This document shows positions 1 to 9,713 of a stretch of 53,668 bases of DNA, piece after piece. This stretch comes from a virus. Lineage: Duplodnaviria > Caudoviricetes. The position numbers and the translations under genes were made by a program. A model generated the notes under the pieces. The model was not told the origin of the DNA. It was given only the letters and a program-made list of their open reading frames with translations, and did no database searches. The stretch spans positions 1 through 53,668 of the IMG/VR virus record IMGVR_UViG_3300043778_000094; one strand, given 5' to 3'. Position 1 is the first letter of the stretch. Every line of letters begins with the position of its first letter.

Positions 1-127
1 CCCAACGGTGCGGCTACCGCTCTACGCGGGTCGCAGGGGAAAGGCAAGCGTTTTCAATGCCGGATTGTTCACCGGAAGCCAGGGCGGAACGTCGGCGGCA
101 GATCGCCGATTTGTGGCGCAGCATCGG
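1..127 (+). repeat. Terminal direct repeat, copy 1 (assembly circularity overlap)
   Basis: 1-127 is identical to 53542-53668; 127 nt is a common assembler k-mer length. Confidence 0.95.
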
Positions 128-293
128 CAATCCGGCGACGAGCCTGTCTGACCGTTCGCGGCAGATCGGCTATGCCACGATCGAACAACGGCTAAAGGCG
201 ATCGGCGAGCTCGAACGACTGGAAGAGCTTTGCGACACCGGAGGCCGACGGGCCGCGCGCATCGCCTACGTTCCACTGATCAAGGCATTGTAG
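57..293 (+). CDS. Head-to-tail joining protein, gpW-like
   Basis: 78 aa, immediately upstream of the portal; 'LSDRSRQIGYATIEQRLKAIGELE' resembles the gpW pattern. Confidence 0.65.
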   Translation: MPDCSPEARAERRRQIADLWRSIGNPATSLSDRSRQIGYATIEQRLKAIGELERLEELCDTGGRRAARIAYVPLIKAL

Positions 294-294
294 G

Positions 295-1869
295 ATGGCA
301 GCGCCCAGCGAAAGCTTCTGGCGGCGGCTGGGCGCTGGCTTCCGCCGCAAACCGCAGGCACAAAGCGAGCTGCCGCCGGCCGGCGGCGGTTTCACGGCGG
401 CGCGCAATATCCCGCCAGGGCTCGAGGCCGGCGCCACGCGCCGGCGATTGGCCGTCTGGCAACCGGCTGCCCAACACATCAACGTCGCCATGCGCGCGGC
501 CGGCGACACCATCAACGCCCGCGCCCGCTGGCTGGTTCGCAACAACGGCTACGCCAAGGCGGCGTTGCGTTCCTGGTCGGCCGCCACGGTCGGCGCCGGG
601 ATCAAGCCGTCATCTTTGGTCGAGGACGAAGCGCTGCGCGATCAGATCCACGAAACGTGGAACGCCTGGACCGACGAGGCCGACGCCGAGGATGTGACTG
701 ATTTCTACGGGATCAGTCGCCGTGTTTCACGTGAGACGTTTCTCGCTGGCGAGTGCTTTGTGCGTTTGCGGCCGCGGTTCCCCCAAGATGGTCTGACGGT
801 CCCGCTGCAGCTCCAAATGCTGCCGGCCGAACAACTCCCGTTGTGGAAGCTCGACTACGCGCCGAATGGCAATCCAATCCGCCTCGGCATCGAGTTTGAC
901 CGCAATCTACGGGACAAGCGCGTCGCCTATTGGTTTTATCGCACCAACCCGACCGACGCGACGACGTTCCGCGATGCGCTGCTGCAAGACCAGCTCACGC
1001 GCGTCCCGGCCGAGGATGTCATTCACGTATTCGACCCGATCGAGGCTGGCCAGGTCCGTGGCCACAGCGGCTACGCCGCGGCGATCGTCAAATTGTTCCA
1101 GCTCGACGCCTTCGACGATGCCGAGTTGGAGCGTCAGAAGCAACAAAGCCGCTACGCCACCTTTATCGAAACGCCGGAGGAACACGACGAGGACGGCAAT
1201 CCGCTGGTCCCGCGCCCCGAGGACGACGATCTCGCCTATGCGCCGGGCGCTACGGTGCAGCTCTATCCTGGCGAAAAGATCACGTTGTCGGCGCCCGGCG
1301 GCACGCCGTCCGGCTACGAGGCGTTCCAGTATCGCGTGCTCCTGCAAATCTGCGCCGCGCTCGGCATCCCCTACGCTGAATTGTCGGCTGACCTGGCCAA
1401 GGCGACCTATGCCAGTTCGCGCGCCGGCCTGCTCGCCTTCCGCGCCGAGGTCGAGGCGTTTCAGCACGCCGTGCTCGTGTTCCAATTCCTGCGCAAGGTC
1501 TGGACCCACTGGTTCGATGCCGCGGTGCTCGCCCGCGCCCTGCCGATCTCGGCCTCTGCCTACACTGGTCAGCCCACGGTCTATCGCGCGTACAAGGCGA
1601 TCGCGCCGCGCGCGGCCTGGGTGGACCCGCTTAAGGATCGCCAAGCCGCCATTCTGGCGCTGAAAGCCGGCATCATCGCACCGCAAGATGTCGTCGAGGC
1701 TGAAGGCTACGACCTCGAGGAGACCTATCACCGCATCGCCGAGGCCGCAGCTCTCGCGCAGAAGCTCGGGATCACAATCGATTACGGCTCGCGCACCCAG
1801 AGCATCGGCACCAGTCAACCGGCCTCCAGCGACAGCGCCTCGCCCTCGGACACGGAGGCCGCAGCATGA
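295..1869 (+). CDS. Portal protein, lambda family
   Basis: Motifs ARARWLVRNNGYA, GECFVR, GQVRG, ATYASSRAGLL, WVDPLKD. Confidence 0.95.
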   Translation: MAAPSESFWRRLGAGFRRKPQAQSELPPAGGGFTAARNIPPGLEAGATRRRLAVWQPAAQHINVAMRAAGDTINARARWLVRNNGYAKAALRSWSAATVGAGIKPSSLVEDEALRDQIHETWNAWTDEADAEDVTDFYGISRRVSRETFLAGECFVRLRPRFPQDGLTVPLQLQMLPAEQLPLWKLDYAPNGNPIRLGIEFDRNLRDKRVAYWFYRTNPTDATTFRDALLQDQLTRVPAEDVIHVFDPIEAGQVRGHSGYAAAIVKLFQLDAFDDAELERQKQQSRYATFIETPEEHDEDGNPLVPRPEDDDLAYAPGATVQLYPGEKITLSAPGGTPSGYEAFQYRVLLQICAALGIPYAELSADLAKATYASSRAGLLAFRAEVEAFQHAVLVFQFLRKVWTHWFDAAVLARALPISASAYTGQPTVYRAYKAIAPRAAWVDPLKDRQAAILALKAGIIAPQDVVEAEGYDLEETYHRIAEAAALAQKLGITIDYGSRTQSIGTSQPASSDSASPSDTEAAA

Positions 1870-3104
1870 TCCGAGATCTTTCGCACATCTTCGCGCGCAT
1901 CTTCGGCGTCCCGCTTTTGATCCAACCGGGCAAGCTCGAAGCCTTGCTCGCCGGCCTGAATGCCGCTCGCTTTCAGCGCGGCTCGCTGCTCGTCCCACAG
2001 GCCAGTGCCGAAGAGGCTGACCCTCCCAAGTCCGAAGCCTCGACTTATGGCTATCGGCTCAACAAAGGTGTCGCCACGGTCCCGGTGCACGGCGTGCTGG
2101 TGCGCCGCGCCGGCCAGATTGACGCCGATTCCACCCGCTTGCAGTCCTACGAAAACCTGACCCGGGTGTTGCGCAGTGTTCGCGCCGATCGCCGCGCCCG
2201 TGCCATCCTGCTCGACATCGACAGTCCCGGCGGCGAGGCCGGCGGCGTCTTCGACTTCGCCAACGAAGTCCGCGCGATCGGCCGCGACAAGCCGGTCTGG
2301 GCCGTCGCGAATGATGACGCCCTGTCGGCCGCCTACGCCATCGCCGCGGCGGCGCAGCGCGTGTGGGTCACCGATACCGGCGCCGCTGGCGGCGTCGGCG
2401 TCGTCGCTCTGCATCTGGACCAATCACGGCACGATGAAGAGGCAGGGCTCGCCTTCAACTACATTTTCAAGGGCGCGCGCAAGGTCGACGCCAATCCGCA
2501 CGAGCCGTTGTCGATCGAGGCGCGCGTCGGCATTCAAGGCGAAATCGACCGAATTTACGACAAGTTCACGGCCTCGGTCGCCGAGCACCGTCGCTTGCAG
2601 CCGGCCCAGGTCCGCGCCACCGAGGCGCGCGTGTATTTCGGCGGCAATGCCCGCAACGAAGGCCTGGTCGACGAGGTCGGCAATTACGACCAGGCGCACG
2701 CCGCACTCGCCGACAGCGTCAATCTCGGCCCCGTCAATTCCAGAGGAGCGAGCAGGATGGACAGCGAAGACAATCCCGCCAACGTCGTCAATCTTGACGA
2801 AGTCCGCGGCACGGCGCGCACCGAGGCTTTGGCCTACGCGCAAGAAGTCAATGATCAGTGCCGGCTGGCACGGCATCCCGAACTGGCGAATGCCTACATC
2901 AGCAAAAACACGCCGATCGCCACGGTCAGTCGCGAGCTGCTGGAGCTCCGCGCCCGCGAGGACCAGATGCGGCCGATCGACACCATCGATACCAGCGCCG
3001 CCGTGCGCGCCGGTCAGATGGGCAACCAGACGGCCGATGTCATCAAGGCCAACGCTGAACGCATGCGCGCCTACCAGACGCCGTATCGCGGCGGCGGGTT
3101 CTAA
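1866..3104 (+). CDS. S49 family capsid maturation protease (lambda gpC-like)
   Basis: LLDIDSPGGEAGG and ALSAAYAIA motifs; follows the portal with an ATGA overlap. Confidence 0.92.
   Translation: MIRDLSHIFARIFGVPLLIQPGKLEALLAGLNAARFQRGSLLVPQASAEEADPPKSEASTYGYRLNKGVATVPVHGVLVRRAGQIDADSTRLQSYENLTRVLRSVRADRRARAILLDIDSPGGEAGGVFDFANEVRAIGRDKPVWAVANDDALSAAYAIAAAAQRVWVTDTGAAGGVGVVALHLDQSRHDEEAGLAFNYIFKGARKVDANPHEPLSIEARVGIQGEIDRIYDKFTASVAEHRRLQPAQVRATEARVYFGGNARNEGLVDEVGNYDQAHAALADSVNLGPVNSRGASRMDSEDNPANVVNLDEVRGTARTEALAYAQEVNDQCRLARHPELANAYISKNTPIATVSRELLELRAREDQMRPIDTIDTSAAVRAGQMGNQTADVIKANAERMRAYQTPYRGGGF
2757..3104 (+). CDS. Nested in-frame scaffold protein (Nu3-like)
   Basis: Internal AGAGGAG SD (2742-2748) 8 nt before the in-frame ATG at 2757; analogous to lambda C/Nu3. 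Confidence 0.6.
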   Translation: MDSEDNPANVVNLDEVRGTARTEALAYAQEVNDQCRLARHPELANAYISKNTPIATVSRELLELRAREDQMRPIDTIDTSAAVRAGQMGNQTADVIKANAERMRAYQTPYRGGGF

Positions 3105-3108
3105 GCGG

Positions 3109-3315
3109 ATGCTTAGTCTCGGCCTGATGGCCTACATCGGCCGGCCGTATCTGGAGCGCGTGCCGCCGCCCGTACCGCCTGATCCTGGGAATGGCGGCAG
3201 TGCCGACCCGCCGCCAGCCGAAACCTTGCCAGCGCCTCCCGAGGGGCCCGAGCCGCATCATCCGATGGCTGCCGTGCGCCGTGCCGGCCCGCCGCGCCCA
3301 CGCCGCCCGAACTAA
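3109..3315 (+). CDS. Small proline-rich hypothetical protein
   Basis: ATG at 3109 fills the gap between the protease and the next gene (68 aa, MLSLGLMAYIGRPY...PPPVPPDP). Confidence 0.45.
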   Translation: MLSLGLMAYIGRPYLERVPPPVPPDPGNGGSADPPPAETLPAPPEGPEPHHPMAAVRRAGPPRPRRPN

Positions 3316-3318
3316 ACC

Positions 3319-3834
3319 ATGGCTGCTGCACGCGAGGCCACGCGCTATGCCAATTTCGTCCTGACCGAGGCGAAACTGTGGCGCTCGCGTGAGGTCCGCT
3401 TGACTGCCGTCATTACAGGGGGCACGCCCAGCGGCACGATCTTCGACAATAGCGGCAATATCTTGATCGCCGGGACGATCAACGCTGCCTCATCGATCTT
3501 GTTGCGGCCTGAGCCGCCGCAGACTGTCGCCAACAGCAAGCTGGTGCTGGCACGCAATGCCGAGGTCAATGACGCCTTTTTATCTTACGTGATGCAGGGC
3601 GGCGTGCCAATGAATCAGGCGCAAATCGACTCGACTAATCTCGCATTGCTCATGAACAGCGGGATTGTCGTGCGCAAAGGGGTGCTACCTGACTCCAGGG
3701 CCTCGACCAGCTTTTTCGGCGACCTGGGGGCAGCCATCAGCGGTGCCTTCGCGGCAGCGGGCGAGGCGGTTGCTGGTGCTGTCAACGTCGTGCTGGCGTT
3801 GGTCTATCACCCGCGCAACCGGGATCGCCGCTGA
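3319..3834 (+). CDS. Head decoration protein paralogue 1
   Basis: FVLTEA..WRSRE, GT, VLARNAEVND and GIVVR motifs of lambda gpD-like/HDPD decoration proteins; located before the capsid gene. Confidence 0.75.
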   Translation: MAAAREATRYANFVLTEAKLWRSREVRLTAVITGGTPSGTIFDNSGNILIAGTINAASSILLRPEPPQTVANSKLVLARNAEVNDAFLSYVMQGGVPMNQAQIDSTNLALLMNSGIVVRKGVLPDSRASTSFFGDLGAAISGAFAAAGEAVAGAVNVVLALVYHPRNRDRR

Positions 3835-5615
3835 TGGCGCAGTCTGTTCGCGCATTCGATGGCGGTCTGTCCCTGTCCCGGCAAGAGCCGTGGTTCGCCG
3901 CCTTCCTGCTGGCCGAGTCGCGGCAGTATCGCTCGCGCGGCATCCGCGAGATCCAGGCAGGGGCCTGGGCAGTCGGGACCCTCCTCGACAGCGCCGGCGA
4001 TGTCGTCACCCCCTCGACTGTGGGCGATGCGAGCTGGGTCCTGCTCGCCCCGTTTTTCGATGAGCAGCGCGCCCCTGCCCTGCTGATCATGCGTGATGCC
4101 GAGGTCAACGACTGGTACATCCAATACGGCGTGCTCAATCACGGCGCGGTGAATGAGGCATTGCGCGTCAACAGCCGCATTATCGTGCGTGCTGGGCCGG
4201 CTCAGTTCGGGATCGAGGCGCGCGATGTGACGGTCAGCCCAGCCGTGGGCGGACAAGGGGACGTGCAGGCCGCGCTGGAGTATGTCAACGACAACATGCT
4301 CAGCACAGCCGGCGCGACCATGACCGGGCCGCTGCATGTGCGCGAAGTTGACGCCGCGACCGAACGCACCGAAGCAGTCAATCGCGGCTATGTCGACTCG
4401 CTGGTCCTGGGCGTGTCGAATTTTATTGGCCGGCTCGATGCCGAGAACGATGAGGTCTATTACACCCAGATTTCAGGCATCACCCCCAGCCCTGGGCCGC
4501 TCTGCACGCCCGAGATTGCGCGCCAGGGCGGCATGGTGATCTGCGAGCGGCCAGGGATCATGCCCCCCGGCTCCCAGATGGAGGGGACCGTGTTCAGCTA
4601 TGGCGACCGCGCCATCAGCGACGGCGACGTTTGGTATCACTTCCCCTCAGTCACTGAGCAAGTCACCGGCACGATGGTTGCCCTAACCCCTGAGGTTTTC
4701 GCCCGCGACAATGTGCAGGCTGCACTGCAAATGGCCGAGGCTGCGGTCAACAACCGGGTGCAAAAGAGCGGCGACACCATCACCGGCATGCTGACGCTCG
4801 ATCCTGGCGTGCCAGGGCTGCCTGCCTTGTTTATCCGCCAGCCCGCCAATGATCCTGGCGCTACGTTTCTTATCGCCGGCAATCCTAATGGGCGAGCAAT
4901 CGACGCCTCAGGCTCCATTCGATTGACTACTGGCGACCTCGAAGTCATGGGCGGCGCGATCAATGTAAGCAGCGGCGCCGGCTTTGTCATAGCGCGCCAA
5001 TTCTACCTCGGGGTCGAAATTAACTGCGGCTATCTGCTGGGCAACGACACCACCAGCGGCGGCCTCTGGCGCAATAACAACGGCCAGATGACCTTGCGCC
5101 GGCCAGCCGGGCAGGCCGATCTGTTCTCCGAGGATAACAATGCGGTCAGCCGCCAGCGCATCCTGACCGAGAATGATTTGACCGACATGCTGGTGATGTA
5201 CCGCGCGCCGGCATTGTTCTCGACGCCGGCAGGGCTTCCGCTTGACCAAAATTGGAAGCAATGGTGGATCGATTCTTTTTCGCTACCGGGACGCACCGGC
5301 AGCTCGCGGCTGCTAATCAGCCTTTCAGTGTCGTGTTTTGGTCCTACTGGTCAGATTTGGCTATTGGGCGCGCGTCTGGCGGCGCCGCCGGGCGGGGCGG
5401 TCGAACGGCGCGTCTTTATGTATGCAGACGGAATGACTGGCCTGTTTGAATTTTATGTCGATGTGCTAGGGGCCAACCCGACGCTCGCGATCCAGCTTGC
5501 CGCCTTTGGCGTGCCATTGTCTGACAGTCCGCCAGCCGGCATCGAGACGCGCGATGCGCGCGTTTACGATACCCGCTCGGAAATTTCAATAATCGACCTG
5601 GGGCCATCAGCATAG
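3834..5615 (+). CDS. Head decoration domain fused to a fibre-like extension (putative head fibre)
   Basis: N-terminal FLLAESRQYRSR..GTLL..MRDAEVND..RIIVR; then fibre motifs LSTAGATMTGPL, AVNRGYVD and VQKSGDTITGML. Confidence 0.7.
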   Translation: MAQSVRAFDGGLSLSRQEPWFAAFLLAESRQYRSRGIREIQAGAWAVGTLLDSAGDVVTPSTVGDASWVLLAPFFDEQRAPALLIMRDAEVNDWYIQYGVLNHGAVNEALRVNSRIIVRAGPAQFGIEARDVTVSPAVGGQGDVQAALEYVNDNMLSTAGATMTGPLHVREVDAATERTEAVNRGYVDSLVLGVSNFIGRLDAENDEVYYTQISGITPSPGPLCTPEIARQGGMVICERPGIMPPGSQMEGTVFSYGDRAISDGDVWYHFPSVTEQVTGTMVALTPEVFARDNVQAALQMAEAAVNNRVQKSGDTITGMLTLDPGVPGLPALFIRQPANDPGATFLIAGNPNGRAIDASGSIRLTTGDLEVMGGAINVSSGAGFVIARQFYLGVEINCGYLLGNDTTSGGLWRNNNGQMTLRRPAGQADLFSEDNNAVSRQRILTENDLTDMLVMYRAPALFSTPAGLPLDQNWKQWWIDSFSLPGRTGSSRLLISLSVSCFGPTGQIWLLGARLAAPPGGAVERRVFMYADGMTGLFEFYVDVLGANPTLAIQLAAFGVPLSDSPPAGIETRDARVYDTRSEISIIDLGPSA

Positions 5616-5626
5616 GAGGGACGACA

Positions 5627-6049
5627 ATGGCTCGTGCTGCACAAGGGAAATGGTTCGCTGATGCGCTAATCAGCTACGCGCAAGGGTATCGCTCATTCGA
5701 GGCAGTCAACGTGGCGGCTGGCGGTCCGCTGGAGCCTGGCACCCTGCTGGGGGCTGGGGGATCGCTGGCTCCGACCGCAGGCAATGTGGCAATGATCCTG
5801 CTGCAAGCCCTGCCGGCCCGTACCGCGCCGATGCCGGCGCTGGTCCTGGCGCGCGATGCCGAGGTCAATGATGCATACATCATTTATGGCGCGCTCACCC
5901 CAGGTACCGTCAACGGCACATTGGCCGGGCTCGGCATCATCGTGCGGCCTGGCGTGCTGCCACAGTCGATCGTCACTGCCAGCATGCTCGACGAGGAGGG
6001 CCGGATGATCGAGGAACCACCGCACGAGCCCGAGCCGGCTGCGGTCTAG
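5627..6049 (+). CDS. Head decoration protein paralogue 3 (canonical position)
   Basis: GYRSFE..LEPGTLLG..VLARDAEVNDAYIIYG..LGIIVR; strong AGGAGG SD; directly upstream of the major capsid gene. Confidence 0.85.
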   Translation: MARAAQGKWFADALISYAQGYRSFEAVNVAAGGPLEPGTLLGAGGSLAPTAGNVAMILLQALPARTAPMPALVLARDAEVNDAYIIYGALTPGTVNGTLAGLGIIVRPGVLPQSIVTASMLDEEGRMIEEPPHEPEPAAV

Positions 6050-6067
6050 CAGAGGGGAAATCAAGTC

Positions 6068-7168
6068 ATGTTGGACATTTTCAGCAACAATGCCGCGTTC
6101 ACGGTGACCGGCCTGACGGCAGCCCTGCTGCGCACGCCCTATGTGCCAGGCCTCATCGGCAGACTCGGATTGTTCGCGCCGCGGCCGATCGCGACCACGA
6201 CGACGACGATCGAAATCAAAGGCACTCGCCTGGCGCTGGTGCCCGAGGTTCCGCGCGGTGCGCCGCCCACCCCCAATGTGGAGGATCGGCGCGCGCTCGT
6301 GCCCTTTCGCATCCCGCACTTCCCAATCCGCGATACGATCATGGCGGACGCGGTCCAAAATGTGCGAGCGTTTGGCACGGAAGATCAGCTCGAGGCGCTG
6401 TTGACCGTGCGCAACGAGCGCATGTCGAGCATGGGCCTCAAGCTCGACGTGACCCAGGAATATCTGCGCCTCGGCTCGGTCCGTGGGATCGTGGTCACCG
6501 CGGCCGATCGCAACACCGGCGCGCCGTTGCAGTCGATAAGCCTGTTCGATCAATTCGAGGTCGCCGCCCAGCCGCCGCGCAATTGGCCGATCATCGGCGC
6601 CGGCCTGCTCGGGCAAGAAGCTGCGGCTTGGGAGGGGCAGCTTACCGGCTTGATCAATGACCTCGCCCGTAGCATGGCCGACGAGTTGCCGGGGGGCATG
6701 CTGGGCGGTATTTTTGGGGTTTGCGGTGCAGAGTTTTTTGATGCCTTCTCGATGCATCCCGAGCGCCGCGCGGCCTTTATCGGCATTGACAGTCGGCCAG
6801 TCATCGAGCCGCTGCTGGGGACCCGCATTCAATTCCGCGAAGTGACCATCGAAGAATATCGCGGGCGTACCGGCAACGTTCAATTCGTCCAACCAAGACA
6901 ATGTCATTTCTTCCCGGTCGGCGTCCCCGAATTGTTCATCGAGGTCTTTGCGCCGGCCGACTACAACGAAACGGTCAACACGCTCGGACTGGCGCGCTAT
7001 GCCAAGATGGAATCGCTGGATTTCGACAAGGGTGTGGAGCTGGAGGCGCAGATGAACGTTCTCCCGATCTGCACCAGCCCGCGCGCGTTGTTCACGGTGA
7101 CGGCAACCGATTATGTTCGTCCGCCCGCGCCACTGGTTGGGACTTCGCCGGCACGCAACCGCAGCTAA
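6068..7168 (+). CDS. Major capsid protein, lambda gpE family
   Basis: FTVTGLTAAL..PYVPGLIGRLGLF, FAPADYNETVNTLG and EAQMNVLPICTSP motifs. Confidence 0.93.
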   Translation: MLDIFSNNAAFTVTGLTAALLRTPYVPGLIGRLGLFAPRPIATTTTTIEIKGTRLALVPEVPRGAPPTPNVEDRRALVPFRIPHFPIRDTIMADAVQNVRAFGTEDQLEALLTVRNERMSSMGLKLDVTQEYLRLGSVRGIVVTAADRNTGAPLQSISLFDQFEVAAQPPRNWPIIGAGLLGQEAAAWEGQLTGLINDLARSMADELPGGMLGGIFGVCGAEFFDAFSMHPERRAAFIGIDSRPVIEPLLGTRIQFREVTIEEYRGRTGNVQFVQPRQCHFFPVGVPELFIEVFAPADYNETVNTLGLARYAKMESLDFDKGVELEAQMNVLPICTSPRALFTVTATDYVRPPAPLVGTSPARNRS

Positions 7169-7719
7169 TGCCTCGCGCCGTCGCCGACGTCGTCTTTACG
7201 CGGATGATCCTGCGCGAGGCTCCCGCCAGTGCCTCGCGTAATCGGATGTATTTGGTCGGCGTCGGTGAGCCTGGCACGCTGCTCAGCGTCCACTATACCG
7301 GCGCGCTGGATACCAGCTACGCCACGCCGGTTGCGCTGCCCAACAACGCCAACGGCATCCTGCTGGACCGCCAGCTGACAACTGGTGCCGCGATGCGCGT
7401 CATGCTGACCCGTAAGTGTGAGGTCAACGACGCCTATATCGAGTATGGGAATTTTGACCGGCTGACCGTCAACCTGGCGCTCGCGGCGAATGCTGGGATC
7501 ATCGTGCGTCAAGCTATCACCGACAGCTCTGGGATCGCTGGGGGCATCTTCGATGATGACGGGCATGATGGGGAGGCCGAGCGGGCCTGGGTGGCCGCCG
7601 TGCCGCCAGCAGCCGTGCCAGGGGAGGGACGCCCGCCCTTCTATCATTCCTGGGGGATCGTCTTGACCTTTCGCCGCTGGGTGGTCGGCCTGGCCTTGCG
7701 CTGGGGGCGGAGGGGCTGA
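7168..7719 (+). CDS. Head decoration protein paralogue 4
   Basis: TAATG coupling to the capsid gene; EPGTLL..MLTRKCEVNDAYIEYG..AGIIVR, same motif set as the other paralogues. Confidence 0.7.
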   Translation: MPRAVADVVFTRMILREAPASASRNRMYLVGVGEPGTLLSVHYTGALDTSYATPVALPNNANGILLDRQLTTGAAMRVMLTRKCEVNDAYIEYGNFDRLTVNLALAANAGIIVRQAITDSSGIAGGIFDDDGHDGEAERAWVAAVPPAAVPGEGRPPFYHSWGIVLTFRRWVVGLALRWGRRG

Positions 7720-8288
7720 TGCCGCTCGCGGCCTTTGACCCGCTGCTGCGAGCGCTCGACGACGGGCTGGGCGAGCCGGGGGCTTGGCTCGGCAATCTGC
7801 TGCAAATGCGATTCGTGCAAGATTACACGCCGGCGGCTCTGCAAATGACTGAACAAGGCATGACCCAAGTCCAGACGTGGGTCTATTTCGGCCGCTACCA
7901 ATTGCTTCCGGGCGCTGGAGTGCCAGGAATCGGCGACATCGTGACGGTGCGCGGTCGCACTTGGGAAGTCGTCGAGTTCGGCACGGACGATCTCGAGGAG
8001 CTCCAGTTGCGCCTGGTCCCGTATCAGACTTCACCGCTTGAGGATGAGCCGCGCGGTCCTGGCCGGCCGACACGCCGCGACGATATCCTGGCCGCTTGGG
8101 ACGCCCTGGTGGCGCTGCGCGCGATCGACCCGCGGAAGCCTCTCAGCCGTGCCTTTCCCCACATACGTCGCCGACTGACCGGATCCTCGGCCCCGTCGCC
8201 TGGTCTCAGCGACAAGACCCTTCAGGGAGTGTTGTCGTCGCGTTCGGCGCCGGCCTCCGGCGACGGCTCGGGTGGCGCGGCACGGTGA
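7719..8288 (+). CDS. Head-tail joining (FII-like) protein with basic C-terminal extension
   Basis: Position after the capsid genes; 'PGIGDIVTVRGRTWEV' head-closure-like motif; C-terminal RGPGRP...GLSDKTL segment. Confidence 0.55.
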   Translation: MPLAAFDPLLRALDDGLGEPGAWLGNLLQMRFVQDYTPAALQMTEQGMTQVQTWVYFGRYQLLPGAGVPGIGDIVTVRGRTWEVVEFGTDDLEELQLRLVPYQTSPLEDEPRGPGRPTRRDDILAAWDALVALRAIDPRKPLSRAFPHIRRRLTGSSAPSPGLSDKTLQGVLSSRSAPASGDGSGGAAR

Positions 8289-9001
8289 AACCACTGCCAC
8301 CAGCGCCGCCGACGGACCCAAGCCCAATGTTCGGCAAGGACGAGCGCGACCCCATCGAGCCGGCGATTGACCTCCTCGACCGTAGACTTGTGCGCGAGGG
8401 TCGCGGCCAGGTTGCCCAGGTCGCGGAGTTCGGCGCGAACCTCGGCGCGGATGATCGCAATCTGGTCAGGCAGCACGGTGAGCTTGTCGAGGATCGCGGC
8501 GGCGTTGGCCTCGGCCTCCTCGCTGGCTTGCTTGGCCTGGGCCTGGACATCCCCACGGAAAGCAGCCAGTTCGGCGCGGATCGCCAGGATGCCGTCTGTA
8601 ATCACCCCCTCACTGTCGCTGATTTGGCTGGCGATCCTGGTCAAGCCGTTCGCCAGGCGCTCGTCGAACTTCTCGAATAGGGGGCCGAAGCCTTCCTGGG
8701 CTGTGCGCATTTCGGTCAATGCCGTGCGCATTTCGGTCAAGTCCTGACGGACCGCGCTGGTGTTGGCGACATTCTCTTGGCGCAGCTTGGTTATGTTGGT
8801 GGCCAGATTAGCGATTTCCGCGCGCGCCCCGTCCAAATCAAGCGCCAGGGCTTCCCACTGTTGGCGATAGCGGTCGGGGGTCTGATCAATGCGCTCGCGT
8901 ATTTCGCGCATGTCGTGCTGCACCTTGGAACCGAGTTGTTCCTGAGCACTGCGCAACGTATCAACGTCAGTTAAGGTCGCCGGTTGACGGGATCGGGCCA
9001 T
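8222..9001 (-). CDS. Coiled-coil protein, opposite strand within the late operon
   Basis: 259 aa heptad-rich ORF with a GAGG SD upstream; C-terminal WAWVRRRRWWQWF. Confidence 0.75.
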   Translation of the reverse strand: MARSRQPATLTDVDTLRSAQEQLGSKVQHDMREIRERIDQTPDRYRQQWEALALDLDGARAEIANLATNITKLRQENVANTSAVRQDLTEMRTALTEMRTAQEGFGPLFEKFDERLANGLTRIASQISDSEGVITDGILAIRAELAAFRGDVQAQAKQASEEAEANAAAILDKLTVLPDQIAIIRAEVRAELRDLGNLAATLAHKSTVEEVNRRLDGVALVLAEHWAWVRRRRWWQWFHRAAPPEPSPEAGAERDDNTP

Positions 9002-9078
9002 TGCATTGTCCTCGGCTTTATGCGAAAGCCTGTCGTTGCTGGTGTATCATTGTTTCACTTTCACGACGGGAGAAATAG

Positions 9079-9516
9079 ATGCCGCGCTATCTTGTTTCGT
9101 CTGACAGTCCGATCGCCGTGCGGGGGCTCGGGCGCCCCGGTCATGGCCTCCCCTGGCCTGGCCGTCCGACCGATCCCGATTATGGTTTGGAAGAAGGCGA
9201 ACGGCCGGAAGTCGAGCCGCCGGATATCGACCCGCCGCCGGGGATCTGGCCTGGCCCGTCTCCGGGGCATCCAATCGAGCCGATTCCACCGGGTGATCCC
9301 GGGCACCCCGACACCGGCTTTCCGCCAGGGTCGATCTGGCCGCGCCCGCCGCACGCGCACGGCAAATTCATCGTCTTGGCGCACGTGCCGGGCTACGGCT
9401 GGCGATATTTCTCGGTCGACATGGACGCATTGCCGGAGCCGCCCGCGGGAGGAGTCGGCGGTCGCCCTCCTCAGAGGCCGGGAGGGGCGCCGGAAGTGGA
9501 CCCAACGCGCCGGTAA
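9079..9516 (+). CDS. Proline-rich hypothetical protein
   Basis: GGGAG SD; PPGIWP/PGHP repeats and a GKFIVLAHVPGYGWRY segment. Confidence 0.75.
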   Translation: MPRYLVSSDSPIAVRGLGRPGHGLPWPGRPTDPDYGLEEGERPEVEPPDIDPPPGIWPGPSPGHPIEPIPPGDPGHPDTGFPPGSIWPRPPHAHGKFIVLAHVPGYGWRYFSVDMDALPEPPAGGVGGRPPQRPGGAPEVDPTRR

Positions 9517-9713
9517 CGCGCCAGCGCTTGCGTCGATTGTTCGGGCACTGAACCAGTTGGGCGACCTCTGACGGCAGGCCGGCAGCAGTGAGCCCAAGGG
9601 AGGGGGGAACCCGGCCTGCCCAGGCGAACCCCTCCCAACCGCATAAAATTCTCCGATTTCCGACCTGATTTCCGCCGTGGTTTATGCCGCCGGCGCGGCG
9701 CAGCCTCGGCGCC

